A stretch of DNA of 60,137 nucleotides, filler included, from Hausera hauseri (lineage: Eukaryota), in assembly GCA_046269625.1 (NCBI GenBank). It is 12 parts of 12 records of this genome, joined end to end, with 100 filler letters (N's around TTAATTAATTAA, not from the genome) between each part and the next. Parts side by side here need not be neighbours in the genome. Positions count along the whole stretch, not along the records: positions 9,010 to 12,974 come from JBJURY010852633.1; positions 13,075 to 17,379 come from JBJURY010645997.1; positions 17,480 to 22,812 come from JBJURY010277173.1; positions 22,913 to 27,424 come from JBJURY010547008.1; 8 more parts are not named here. The stretch is one strand, 5' to 3'. The notes under the pieces are model-generated. The model had not been told where the DNA came from. It worked only from the letters and a program-made list of their open reading frames with translations, and made no database searches. Position numbers and translations under genes: made by a program. Shown one piece after another: positions 11,380 to 23,420 of the stretch; positions within the stretch are counted from its first letter, which is position 1; the number at the start of each line of letters is the position of its first letter.

Positions 11380-11926
11380 AATCTGTCATCTTCTGACACT
11401 CAGCATATTCTATAGAGTGTAAACTCTTCAGATGGTGAAACAAGTTAGTTGTGTTCCCACCGCTACTTGGAACGACTCCGACATATTTTGCAGCATACAG
11501 AAACCTGCTGTTTATCAGATCTTTGAAAGCCGAACCACTTCCACACCGCTGAATTAGTCTTTCCTTTCTTATCAATTGTGTCGTCTGCGTTCTCCTCCTT
11601 TGTGAACACTTCTTCAGTCACATTCTGACGGGCGCTCATTTTGATTCGAAAACTTTCCGCACGTCGTAGATTAGCCTAGCTTGCTACCACTGACTGCCGG
11701 ACTCGCGCTCTGCATAATATCTACGTCACCACGCACTTACGTAGTTGTGTCGCGGCTTTTTATGTTCGGGTTGAAACGTCAACCCGAACATAAAATGAAT
11801 GCGTCAGTGAAAAGCTGTAATCATAGCGTAATGTCTTATCGAAAATATGCTTAAAACTCATATTATCGTTATCGAAAAAAAGTATATCGGCGAGATATAT
11901 CGTTATCGAATTTTTGTCCAGCTCTA
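11380..11926 (-). mobile_element. hAT transposon 5' end (TIR plus BED zinc-finger remnant), teleost-like
   Basis: Terminus TAGAGCTGGACAAAAATTCGATAACGATATATCTCG on the minus strand, and the BED-finger remnant SSGGNTTNLFHHLKSLHSIEYAEC. Confidence 0.7.
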
Positions 11927-13074
11927 CGCTAACACTAAGATTTTTTTTCCCAAATGTGACTGTTAACTGTGGTCCTAAAAAAACTTGTTTGATTTCTAAA
12001 AGACGAGCAAATAAACATATTTTTAGCCACAGACCAGATATGCATGACTAAAATAATTAAATTTGGAAAAGCAAGGTCATGTCAACATAGGATTCTGTCT
12101 GCTACATCCACCTCCCTCTCTGTTCTTCTGTATTGGTCAGGCAGATATGCGGGGACCAGTTTGCCACTGTCACACAGTGAAATGGGAGATAGCACTGGAA
12201 GCCACCAGAAATGACCACCAATGAAATGAATCAGATCCATCACTGTCTGCAGGGGAAAGAAGCCCAGCAACACAACCTAATGAATCGAAGACGGGGAGGT
12301 GGGGGGTGAGAGCAGTGGGAATGGGTTTGACGGTGGGGCTTGGGCGACCATCATTTACAACCATATAAAAAAGGAAAGAAAGGTTTTAAGAATCATTTTG
12401 ACCGTTGTAGAACGCATAATCAAAGTTAATGTAAGTTAAAGTAAAAGTTGAAGTTTTATTAATTTCTCTTTACTTAAGTGTAAGTTTAAAAGTGCTTTAC
12501 TGTAAATGTACTTCAATTTGATTAATAAATTCAATTTTGTGAACAGAATATGTCATACACAAGCACTATCACACAAAGGTTTGATCCTTTAAATGGCCTC
12601 TTTTTTCTAGAGCTATTTTATACACATTGAAAGAGGAATTGCAACAAACTTTGACCTTTAGCAAAACGTTTAGCTTATACATAATTTACATTTAGTAGCT
12701 TTAATACAACTGGCATGAGAATTGAGATCAATTTACATATATAATAGAAATCATAACTGCTGCTCACCTGACCTTCCAGACCAAATCTATAACAGTGTAA
12801 TCCATTTGTTTTCTTTTTGTAGGCCATTTTATATATTTACTGACTGTATAAGACTATATTTAACTGTGTTGGTCCTGCTAACTAATGAAAACAAATTTAT
12901 TTTCTCTGCTTTCCTAGTAAAGCACTGATCATTTATTCACTAGGGTCTCACTTATTATATTACAGCCAATCAAGNNNNNNNNNNNNNNNNNNNNNNNNNN
13001 NNNNNNNNNNNNNNNNNNTTAATTAATTAANNNNNNNNNNNNNNNNNNNNNNNNNNNNNNNNNNNNNNNNNNNN

Positions 13075-13975
13075 GCGAACAGTTTCACCCGATGTTTTGT
13101 ACGTGTCAGAATCCAGTTCGATAGAAGCCAGTAGTTGTTTACGTTCTCCACTAACGAGTACGGATTTGTCTAAGTCAATTAAAATGTTAATTTTATGAAA
13201 TACTCCATAGAGTCGTGATTTGTATTTGGCAACAATAGATTGTCCAACAATGGTCTGATAGAATTCGCGTTTTGAAAAACCCAGATTCCGAGCCAACAAT
13301 TCATCAAAGGCAAAATATGTAACATTGTCATGCAGTATAACGAAATATAACCATCTGCGTTTATTTCACATTTCTTTACAGCTAATGTAGCCGTTTTCTT
13401 GACGTATTCACACAATTTCAGTTCCGTTTCCATTAATAAATCGTGTTGTATAATATATGATCGGAAGACTGATTCTGACTTAGTCCATTTTACTATAATG
13501 CCGGATTCCGGATCGGATGGAAGGCCCAATTTTTCACCAATTATATCATGTCCACCTAGCCGTAGACCTTTCGAGTGTACATTGACTGATTGAAAATCCC
13601 ATGCCTGAGCGTCAGCTATAGAATTAAACTGCATTTTAATGGGATTTCGATGCATTGGTTTCATACAGTAGTTTAAAAATAAGCATAAAGCGAGAAATGT
13701 CGCAAATATTTGCAAAGAGTATATCGGTTATTGCATCGGATTGTCCGCAAACGACTTAAAATAGGGTACGTTTCTTGTCGGGTAAAGTAAATACCACTGT
13801 TCTGACGTATTGTCATTTGTGAAAATGTGAATGCGAATTCCGTCAAAGCCACTTCCCAGGCTACGAAACGTAAATCAACCGGTTAGTCCAAGTGCATGAT
13901 AAACTGTTTAGCGTTATTGTCATTGTAGTCATGTTGTGATAATGATCTGTTACTATCAAGTACCAAGTAAATGCT
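13075..13975 (-). pseudogene. Maverick minor capsid (penton-like) protein 1, frameshifted
   Basis: Near-identical in protein to 45057-46101 (METELKLCEYVKKTA..., INILIDLDKSVLVSGERKQLLASI). Confidence 0.75.
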
Positions 13976-14640
13976 GCTCATTGAATCTGTGATGCAAAAA
14001 TCCAACTCGGTGCAATATATCCGTGCCACTTGACGAGATGTTGTTTATTCGAACCTTTGTCACGTGAACGTAGAATTTCCTGAATACGATATACATCGAG
14101 TTTCTCGGGCAGTACCTGCAGTTCCTGTTTGTAGAATTTACTGCGTATTTACTCATTGTTTTCATCCTCTAAAACGTACATGACAGGTGTATGTTTTGTG
14201 TTGATTGTCGAAATGCGGAAAAACTCATTGCTGCAGTTCTGATTGAAATTCTTAATGAATTGCGTCGTACTTATTTTAGAAATACGTACATAAGCATCGA
14301 TTATATATTTTGGTTGCCTGTTGCCGTTGTGTTCGGTTTTGATAAAGCCACATGTTCAAATCATTGATTACCTCAACCGGGCACATTCCGTTGATTCCAC
14401 TGTGTGTAGAATGATTGTATGCATGAATAATATCCGGTTGTACATCTACCCAGCGTTTTTTTCCTTGCTTCGTAAAGAAATCGGTTCGTTCAGGCTGTAT
14501 GCTAACTGTTTCTCTAGCCAACGTTGGGTTTGTTGCCAAGTCTGTTTGATAGTCTTTGCCAGTTTGTCAACGCCAGTATACCCGATGGGATGAAGTGTAT
14601 CAAACCATACTTCATCCGTCACTGTCGTCGATAATGACGC
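13975..14640 (-). pseudogene. Maverick rve integrase/chromodomain with the catalytic core deleted
   Basis: WFDTLHPIGYTGVDKL...WLEKQLAYSLNEP is joined directly to FFTKQGKKRWVD..DIIHAYNHSTHSGI. The 3' chromodomain-like part matches 44700-45060. Confidence 0.8.
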
Positions 14641-14762
14641 TTTTGTTTGCATTGCAGCATTTAAGACAAAATGTTAATAAAAGATTCGGTAAACTAGGCA
14701 AAATGATGAAAACCATGCACCCATATAGCAAAATCATCATATACTTACCGTCACTGATTATA

Positions 14763-15060
14763 CTAAACTGTTCCACCAATGAGTTCACCCAGTAATGACG
14801 CGACAACCAGTAGAATTGTACCAAGGAATCCGCCATATTGCTGGTACATGACCTCTGGATTAAGTCGTTTACTACGAGCGTTGGCAAGACCAATGCGTCG
14901 TTTTCGATACTTTAGTAAATTCCGCTTTCCAATACTAATGTCAACGTGACCCACAACAATATTGTACAAAATTTCCATCAAATCTTAGGAATGATCGCAG
15001 CATGTTTCGCTTATGTCTCGTAGGTGCCTTGAACAAAGCAATAAAGTACGGCTGACTACG
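14763..15060 (-). CDS. Conserved small Polinton protein with a C-terminal GGFL motif (putative virion core/cement protein)
   Basis: EILYNIVVGHVDIS...LLKYRKRRIGLA...QQYGGFLGTILLVVASLLGELIG, a pattern typical of the ORF downstream of the Maverick ATPase. Confidence 0.55.
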
Positions 15061-15305
15061 TTTGAATCGCATTTTTAAACTATTGATGTTGAGATGTAGT
15101 TTTTTATAACCGTTGCCGCTGTGAGGCTAATTTGCATCCAGTTGATGCTGTTGTTCAAATCACAGAACAAATTAATGGCTTGACTGTAGAGCTTCGTTTT
15201 TATACACGTTTCATGCCGGGATCCTGCTTGGTAGGTTTACATTTAACAATGGTTTTTCGGAAATTCTTTATTTTGTCACATTCATGTAAATTTTCAAATT
15301 TGTTT

Positions 15306-15870
15306 TTAGATACAGACTTTCTGATTGAAAATATCAGTTCGTCCGCGCATGTCATGATATTCCTCTATCAAGTAGGCTTGGTTGTGAGGAAATACTTGTC
15401 GTGCAACATAATCAATGATGGTCTGATTACAGGGATTTTTGAACAACACCAAATAGTGTACATTTAGATTTCTTGTTCGATGCTGTCCGACCTGAAGGAA
15501 TACGTTTTGCGTAATGAAAATAATCGACATACCACCGTATCGTGCAATTTTCGTGAACAGGTTGTTGAAATCTGATTGTTTCGAGGCTTCCTGAAATAAA
15601 TCGTCAATGATAATAACGTCACCGTTGCATAATCTCAGACCAGTTCTCATCAAACCCATCAAATACCGTTATTAATTTTAATTTACAAAATTCCGGATGT
15701 GTCAAACCGGACTTACCATCATCACCAATATCCTGATGCCAGTAAATGTGATTGTACCGCGGTGAATGGAACATGTCACGGTAGTTCTGCAAAAGTTTAC
15801 ACACAAAGTGTGTTTTGCTACTTCCACTGGGGCCTACAGTGTGGAAAATTGTACCATTTTGCAGCTTCAT
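15306..15870 (-). pseudogene. A32/FtsK-like DNA packaging ATPase, frameshifted
   Basis: Walker A (VGPSGSSKT), Walker B (VIIIDDL), FTKIARYGGMSIIFITQN and RNLNVHYLVLFKNP. Confidence 0.9.
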
Positions 15871-15941
15871 CTAATAATAGTAATAATAATAATAATACAA
15901 CCTTTTCTCACAATATAATTTGTTTATAATCGTGTTACACG

Positions 15942-15952
15942 CTTATAAATAG
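15942..15952 (+). promoter_or_regulatory. Candidate TATA box in the 96-bp divergent intergenic region between the ATPase and TBP-like genes
   Basis: CTTATAAATAG about 20 nt upstream of the ATG at 15967. Confidence 0.35.
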
Positions 15953-15966
15953 CTAAAGTTTCCATA

Positions 15967-16428
15967 ATGTTAGTTAATATTAACTATCGCGGATATGCTA
16001 CCAAGTGTGACATTAACACACTAGCTTTTAATCAATGGAAGCCGAGGCAGTATATCCTCAAGTGTCCACTGGATTTTACACGCATCATATTTTAATTAGG
16101 AAAGTGTCGTATTATGTGTTGTCGCAAACCAATTACAGCTGACAGTAACAGTAAACTACTACCATTCGGAATTGTCATTGACAAAATCCAATCAATAACG
16201 GTAACGACTCAGTTAGACTACCAATCAATCAATCTGTACAAATTAGCTATGGCCACTGAATGTACCTATAAACCCAAACTGTTTCATGCATTGAGACTGA
16301 CATTGTTTCACCCACTTTGTGTCAATGTGTTTAGCAGTGGAAAAATTGTTGCACTCGGTATTCGGACGGTGGACTATGAACCGATTATTAATCAAATTAA
16401 AAACCGCATAAATGTTTTAGTAAATTAA
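15967..16428 (+). pseudogene. TATA-binding-protein-like protein (two-repeat TBP fold, about 153 aa) with one in-frame stop at 16093
   Basis: Repeat 1: MLVNINYRG...RIIF*LGKCRIM. Repeat 2: IQSITVTTQLDYQSINLYKLA...YKPKLFHALRLTLFHPLCVNVFSSGKIVALG. Compare TBP IQNMV...I.LE.L...YEPELFPGL.Y....P....LIF.SGKVVLTG. Confidence 0.75.
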
Positions 16429-16602
16429 AATAATATACTCTGCATAACAAAATATATATACCATTCCTATGGTCATTCAGATATTACTGCCATGAAAGAC
16501 GACTATAAAACAATTCTACTCAATGGTGACAGTGATGAAAGTTCAGATTGGTCGTGATTGTTTGGCTACAAGAAGGTCAATTCTAATGTCAAATTGATAT
16601 AA

Positions 16603-17148
16603 ATGAGAACAGAACTTATCCAACAATTAGAAAAACTGAGTGATTGTGTGCAGGACGATTATGATGACGATTGTCTGGAAACGAAAAAGGAACTTGCTCA
16701 AAAGTCATTAGCTGCAAAAGCGACGTTAAAAAGGCAAAATGCAATGATTGAAATACGTAAACGAAAATTAAAACCGTCGAGCCAAACACAGACATTTTTA
16801 CCGAATCGAATTTTTCGCGAGTATGAAATGCATTTTCTGCAAACGCCCGTACTGATTTCATTGAAAGACCCGACGTCTCTATGTGCATCCAAGTACAGCT
16901 ATCGTGTAAAACGGCTTTCGGGTAAAAATTTAAATAAACTTTCTGATGCTCTGCATCAATTAAACGTGGATTTAAAGTTAAGCGAAACGACCGTGCAACA
17001 GAAAACTGTCGTTTTACAAACTCAGAAAACGAAATTGTTCGATTTTACCTGTCGCAAAATGTTTAATGTACCCATTGATGATTTAAAGTGTCGACTGAAT
17101 ATTGACTTACAAAGATACAAAGAAAAAGCCGATTTGGAGTGTAGCTGA
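16603..17148 (+). CDS. Hypothetical 181-aa protein (likely Maverick accessory gene)
   Basis: Intact intronless ORF with an NLS-like RKRKLK, lying between the TBP-like gene and dUTPase. AATAAA follows the stop. Confidence 0.55.
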   Translation: MRTELIQQLEKLSDCVQDDYDDDCLETKKELAQKSLAAKATLKRQNAMIEIRKRKLKPSSQTQTFLPNRIFREYEMHFLQTPVLISLKDPTSLCASKYSYRVKRLSGKNLNKLSDALHQLNVDLKLSETTVQQKTVVLQTQKTKLFDFTCRKMFNVPIDDLKCRLNIDLQRYKEKADLECS

Positions 17149-17283
17149 AGTACATTTTAGTTATCAATAAATATTGTTGTTGTTGCCGTTGTTTTGTTTT
17201 ACCGTTTTTCTTTCATTAACCCAATTAACGAGAATAAATATACGTGTAATTTTAATATTGGTATAGGAATAAAAATAATAATA

Positions 17284-17379
17284 ATGAATGATGTAAAGAT
17301 TATCTTAGCAGACAAAAATGCCTTTGCACGGAGACCTGTTACAGCAAACAGTGCAGGCTACGATGTGTTTTCCAATGTC
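17284..17379 (+). CDS. dut: dUTPase N-terminus (truncated by the contig end)
   Basis: MNDVKIILADKNAFARRPVTANSAGYDVFS matches dUTPase motif 1 (P.R.T..SAGYDL). Confidence 0.75.
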
Positions 17380-17738
17380 NNNNNNNNNNNNNNNNNNNNN
17401 NNNNNNNNNNNNNNNNNNNNNNNTTAATTAATTAANNNNNNNNNNNNNNNNNNNNNNNNNNNNNNNNNNNNNNNNNNNNTCATAGTGTACATTTAAATGT
17501 TGACAAATTTTGAGACATTTTTTTACAAGTGACACTATGCAAAATTTAAACAAAGTGGGGGTGGGAATAGTGAAACCCCGACTACGCCAATTGATTTTTC
17601 GGGTGTGGGAATAGTGAAAACCCGACGACGCCAAAATTTCATATAAAATATTGATTATTGAATACTAGTTTCCAAAATATCCATATATAAAATATTGATT
17701 ATTGATTATCGCTAGGGGGAGGGGGTGGTGTCATGCGT

Positions 17739-18950
17739 TCACATCTTACTACTTTTGTGAGTCTTTCGATAAATATCAAGATTCAAATTTTGAGTATCCA
17801 ACATAAACAGATTCAGTGGAACGGAAATCCGTAGTAGAGCAACTTCGTCCTTCAAATCATGATGTGAATCTATTTTCTTTCTCGTCAATGATAAATTTTC
17901 TTCTAACATGTTCAACACCTTTTTATCTTTTGTATAATCTGTATTTTTCTTTTTCAACGCCAAAAGTCCATGACGTTCTTTCAGAAATGCTCTAACTTCT
18001 AGATCAGCTTTATTGTTGAGAAGATTCCCATATTTTTTGTAAATGTTTAAGTAAAGTTTGGTCCGACAGTGTTATCTTTAAATACTTGCATAGCCTTCTC
18101 CAAGTAGATGGTGACCAATATTTCGTTAAATAGTACAGTTCGTAAAAATAATCGTTGTCCTCGCATTTCCGGAAACAGGTCAACTTCAATCCTAGGAATG
18201 TGCTCGGCTGCTGAAATAAGATACTGGTAGCAGCGCGTAAAAAGGTCTCTCAAATCTTTAAAACTCGCATTATAAATGATTTTCGGTTCGGCAATTTTCA
18301 ACTCAACAACGAGCATTAGAGTTCTTGGATACTGTAGTTCGTCAAAAGAAGTTTCGAAGTTATTTCCAGTTTCATGTTTACAAATGAAATTGGTAAAGCC
18401 TCTTAATGACTCGTCAACCATACTTCGTAATTGTGTTGACATTAGAGCAGCTACTGTTGCAGAAAATATCTTTGCTGAATCTGCACTGTCATTGGCTGTC
18501 TTCAGCAAAATATGTGACCACAAATGTGGGTATATATGAAAGCTCGAACACATTTGGGAATCCAGCTGGTTTTAATTTCAAAATCGTTTGGTTGCATAGG
18601 CAGTCCAATTTCGATCAACTCGTCAATGTTGATGAATCATTTGTCCATAAGCTCTTCATGTTAAATATTTTGCAGTTCAACTTTCATTGGATTGCAAATA
18701 AACAAATTCTTCAAACAAAAGGCTTTTGACAACGAATATGACTCAGACCATGGCACTGGAGCGCGAGTAATTCGTGTCGGATACGGAATAGGCAAGGCTT
18801 TAATATTTAATCGATTTCGTTCTTCACAGTCAAGCAAAATGTAGTCAACGATAGACTGTTACAATGAATGCTGATCAATATTCCAAACGTTTTGTGGAGT
18901 TGAGCATGACTCTCATGCAAGGTTTCGGTCAAATGAGGTTGACTCAATTT
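17739..18950 (-). pseudogene. Axonemal inner-arm dynein heavy chain (DNAH3/7/12-like) N-terminal fragment, intronless and frameshifted
   Basis: SIVDYILLDCEERNRLNI...TRAPVPWSESY; VAALMSTQLRSMVDESL; IPRIEVDLFP; GP..YLNIYKKY..LL. Confidence 0.8.
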
Positions 18951-19860
18951 GTCTAATTTGATCTTTCCAAAATCCCCTTATTCATTATCAATGGCCATAA
19001 CGGTTGTTATACGAGTTCCAATATCGATGGTCTCTTTCACAACACCAGAATAATTGTTCTGATTAAACTTTAAAATTATGCCATTAACATCGATAACCTT
19101 GACAATGATCTTCTGAGAAGTACAAAGAGATGGTGTATCACATGCTTGCAATATCATATTATATTCTTTTATCATCTCGAATCCAATGGTTTCTTCAACT
19201 TTAAGTTCAATTTTGTATTGGAAAATATCAATTCAGATGTGGAATCATGAGTAATATCCAAATTGTATTACTGGATTCCAAATTTTGCACTGTCCAAATT
19301 GGTGGCTTGTTCTAATTCAACAGTAAAATTGACCTTTTCATTTTCTGCTATATGGGAAATATTATCCAATTTCTTGAATTGTGAATAGCTGTCATTAACA
19401 TTTTCAATGATAATTTTAACGTTCAACAATGCCTCATCAACTAAAATGAACAAAGATATGCTACATGGAAGATTTGTACCAGATACTCTTGGGCATAAAA
19501 TTTCTTTGTCTAACACTGTTGTGGTAGTAATAACACCGGAATACTAATTAATGGAAAACAGGTCTTTCCGATTGAAATCGAATTTGTTGAAAATGAAAAT
19601 TGATGTCAGCTTTATATCGATAGATTTCAATTCATTGTACGAGAATACCCACTCGAGTTGACACCGGTCCATTTTCAAATAAAGTAAATGTAGTTTCAGA
19701 CAGATTGCTATAATCGATAATCTAGCCAGAATACAATCATTTTCCATGTCACAATTTGACCTTTATTTGAGCCGGTAATCAGGTTTTTCTATCAGCTGTG
19801 TAATCTTTCACGGTAATCAGTGATTGAGGATGTTAATCAAGTAATTCCCATTTCTGACAC
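18950..19860 (-). pseudogene. Protocadherin-like N-terminal cadherin repeats, degenerate and fused to the dynein fragment
   Basis: GVITTTTVLDKEILCP; VKIIIENVND; IAENE...ATNLDS; VKVIDVN...FNQNNYSGVVKE...TVMAIDNE. Confidence 0.8.
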
Positions 19861-20399
19861 CATTGTAATAACCAGATAAAGATATAAAGTAATAAGCTTT
19901 ATTTTTAAACCAATATTAAATCCATTTTCAATTTTTTATAAACATGTAATATACATTTGATATATACATGTTACAGATTTCTTACAAGTTTTTGTACCAT
20001 CGGAAATTTGGCAAGATGCTGCTGTTCACATTTGCAATCAAGAATCACTTGCTTTGTGTCTTTGACATTTGTGCAGTGCCCACTGTGAACATCTTGAAAT
20101 TTTCTATCCATACTGACACGGAATGGAACATTATTCCGCACTTCTTCAATTTGCCCTTTTTTCTATGCAGAAGAATCTCAGGAGTTGTCAAAATTATCAA
20201 CTTTTTCCGATTGCTAATTTTTAGACTTATTATGTTTTCTTGAACTGATGAATATCTGCCAAATGTTTATTCATAAGAAAAGAAATATTAACGTCGTGAA
20301 TGATAATGGGACAAATTATTTTAACTACATACTGGAAATCGCATTTTAAAAGAATATTGTTCGGAAAAAATTGAATCTACAAAATTCTTCTGCAGTTTG

Positions 20400-20895
20400 A
20401 TTGTGGTGGCGCCCGAATCCGCGTCACTACAAGAAATGTTTCTTGAGTGTTATGCGTCGTTTGCGTGAAGCTATTTGCCTCAAGAGGGCGGAATTGTGGC
20501 GAAACATTCTTGGTTTTTGCATCACGATAATGCACCATCTCACACTACATTGGTTCTTCGTGACTTTTATGCTAAAATCTCGATCCATATCATTCAACAA
20601 CAACCCTATTCTCCTGATTTAACATCGGGTTACTTTTGGTTATTCCAAAACTTAAGAGACCGCTAAGGGGACACCGTTTTGACTTGATTGAGGAGATACA
20701 AACCGAATCGAAGAAGGCACTGAAGGTCATTCCGGAATTTGAATTTAGCAAGTATTTCGAGTATTGGTAAAAACGTTGGCCTAAGTGTATTGTGTCGGAC
20801 GGGGATTACTTTGAAGGCGACGAAATAGATTTAGAAGAATAAATAAAGATTTAAAAAATTATAACCAGTCTTATTCATATTTGATCACAGTAGTA
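20400..20895 (+). mobile_element. Mariner (DD34D) transposon 3' fragment
   Basis: WFLHHDNAPSHT...PYSPDL...FWLF; KRWPKCIVSDGDYFEGD; the TIR-like end ATTTGATCACAGTAG is followed by TA. Confidence 0.9.
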
Positions 20896-21059
20896 AATAT
20901 AGCTTAGCAATGAGCTCATATAAGCACCAACACAGGCAATGCGGACTTTACATACACAGTGCTGCTGGAGTTTTATGATCCAGCAGCCCATGTACATCTG
21001 CGTCATTTTCTAACCCTCACGATTACCAACACGATTTAAAAATAGTGTCATTCTTACTA

Positions 21060-22812
21060 CACGATGAATACCAAGCGCAATCAGTGACGACTGGTGTAAA
21101 GTTGAAAATTCTTCAAGCTGTCCACGATAACAGCAAAAAAGTAGCAATTCTCAAGAGGAAACTGGGTGACATTGCTGAAGGGTTTGGAATAAAGTATCAT
21201 AAAAAGGCGAGAAGAGATTGAGTCCAGAGCTTTTTCTGGATGTTTTTCCTCTACGGCAAAAAGATTTCGTGCGGCAGACAAGTTTACTGAAGTTGACAAC
21301 GCTCTCCTCAAGATGTGCTGCACTTCCAAAATAGCCAATGACGAATTGCCGAAGACAAATGCCCAGTCATTTCTATCTCATCTTCGAAGCAGTGAGACAT
21401 CAGAGAGAGATTTGACAATCTTCATGTTGTGGATCCAAAGATGGAAACATCACCACAACATCAAATCGAAACTGATATATGGTGAAAGTGGTGCTGTTTC
21501 TGAAGAAGCCTCACACCACTGGTTTTCAAGTGTCATTCCCAGTCTGCTGCAATGCTTCTCCCCCAGACATATTCAATGGATATGAGACGGGACTATTCTG
21601 GAAATTGACTTCTCAGCGCACCCTTGACTTTGTCGGCGAGAAATATCATGGAGAAAAGCATTCCAAAGGGCGGATCTCTGTCTTCGTAGCTGCCAGCATG
21701 ATAGGCGAGAAGTTACCACTACTGGTCATCGGTAAATCTGGGCGTCCCAGAGCGTTTCGCAATCAGAGCGTGTCTTTGGAGTACGTAAGCAACGAGAAGG
21801 CATGGATGACTTCTGGTATTTTTGAAGAGCACATTCGAAAGATTGATGGCCAAATGAGTGCTGCTAACAGAATGATCCTTCTCATTGTTAACATCTGCCC
21901 TGCCCATCCAAAACTGAATTCGTTTCGATCTGTTACCCTTGTGTTTCTTCCTGCGAACACCACTTCCAAGACGCAACCAATGCAGTGTGGAATTATCTGG
22001 TTACTGAAAATTCATTATCGTAAGCAGTTGATGAATGAGCTGCTCATTGCTCATGATGCCAAGAAACCCTTCCAACCAACCTTATGCGGGCACTATAATG
22101 ACTGAAAATTGCATGGAATCACGTTCAAGTTGAAACAATCGTCACGTGTTTCCGTTCTGCTGGCTTTCGTGATGATACCATTTCTTTTCCCACAACTTCC
22201 TCCGATGGAACGGTTTCCTCCGACGATTCTGTTAGCGTGGGTAACAATTTTGAGCGCCTGTGGCTGCGTTCTCTTTGTCAAATACAGTGAGCACAGTGCT
22301 GTTCACATCGATAAACGATGACATTTTCACCGTAGAAACTCCGGGTGAAGCTGCCATCATCGATTCTCTGATGCCACCAACTGGTGAGACCGTCATGAGT
22401 GATTATTCTGACGATAACTGTACCTGTGGTGATAATGATGAAAATATTCCGTCACAAGCTGAGACTCACGCTATATCAAATTCGCCTCTATCTTTTGAAG
22501 CATTATTCTTCTGTGGATGACTTTTATCATTTAGACAATTTGCAATTTTCTGTTACTAACGCAACATTTAATAGTAAAACACAAACAAATCTTGATAAAT
22601 TTTTAACATGCGACTGATTACCTTTCTCTGCTGAATGCTGTTTTGTGTCTGTTGTCCTCTAAACTCTACAAAGAAAATGTACTGATTTTCACTTCAGTTA
22701 CTATTAAGATTGGATTGTGTGAGTCGATTATAGAGGTGAGAACAAGTCAGTACAACTGCGTAAAGTGTGCAATTTTCAAAAAATCGGTTATAAAATCCTT
22801 TTATAATGAATT
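21060..22812 (+). mobile_element. Pogo/Tigger (CENP-B-like DDE_1) transposon, degenerate
   Basis: WIQRWKHHHNIK...GES; DIFNGYETGLFWK; GEKLPLLVIGKS.RPRAF; NEKAWMTSGIF; ILLIVNICPAHP; FLPANTTSKTQPM. Confidence 0.9.
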
Positions 22813-23214
22813 NNNNNNNNNNNNNNNNNNNNNNNNNNNNNNNNNNNNNNNNNNNNTTAATTAATTAANNNNNNNNNNNNNNNNNNNNNNNNNNNNNNNN
22901 NNNNNNNNNNNNGCATACCACGCAGCACATTCAAACTTACGTATCAAAATGAAGACTTGGTGAATTCTGTACGGCTGTCTAAACTCAGAGCAAACCTAGG
23001 TGTCTCAAGCTGCTTCTTAAATATTGTGTGCGCCCCCAGTTATTATCAGACCTGCGTTTCAGATCTTCTTTAAATGTAATTAATCTATGTCACCCAATGT
23101 AACAACAGCCATGCTGACAACAACAGTACTTGTTTTCTATGAATAATCTATTTCTTTTATTAATTTGACAGGAGAAGATTACATATTCTAGAACTTACAT
23201 TGGTAGGTAAAAGG

Positions 23215-23420
23215 AGCTGCTGTGACGTAGTGACTAACGCACTCGTTGTCAGATTGCATGGTCGTGGCTTCAACAATCCCAGTTGTAGCGTGTTACATTT
23301 CTTCGCCCAGAAAGGCTCCAGCTGCTTACATAGACGCAAGAAAGGGTGCCAAAGAAATTCTCTGGCTAAATAAAAATGCTTACAATACACCCCAATCAGG
23401 TGTCTCTGCCATGGAAAAAC
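23215..23420 (+). mobile_element. Degenerate tRNA-derived SINE, related to 9149-9350
   Basis: GCTGCTGTGACGTAGTGACTAACGCACTCG...TTGCATGGTCGTGG...AAAGGGTGCCAAAGAAATTCTCTGG parallels the contig 3 SINE. Confidence 0.45.

Larger units (their letters stand above)
13075..17379. mobile_element. Polinton/Maverick (adintovirus-like) internal segment, copy A (whole contig)
   Basis: Penton-like gene, integrase/chromodomain, GGFL protein and packaging ATPase on the minus strand; TBP-like gene, unknown ORF and dUTPase on the plus strand. Positions 13075-14500 are collinear with contig 10. Confidence 0.85.

Noticed and set aside
14612-14893. 93-aa ORF resembling a small membrane protein
   Set aside because: It overlaps the GGFL-motif Maverick ORF and the integrase start in other frames, so it is probably a shadow ORF.
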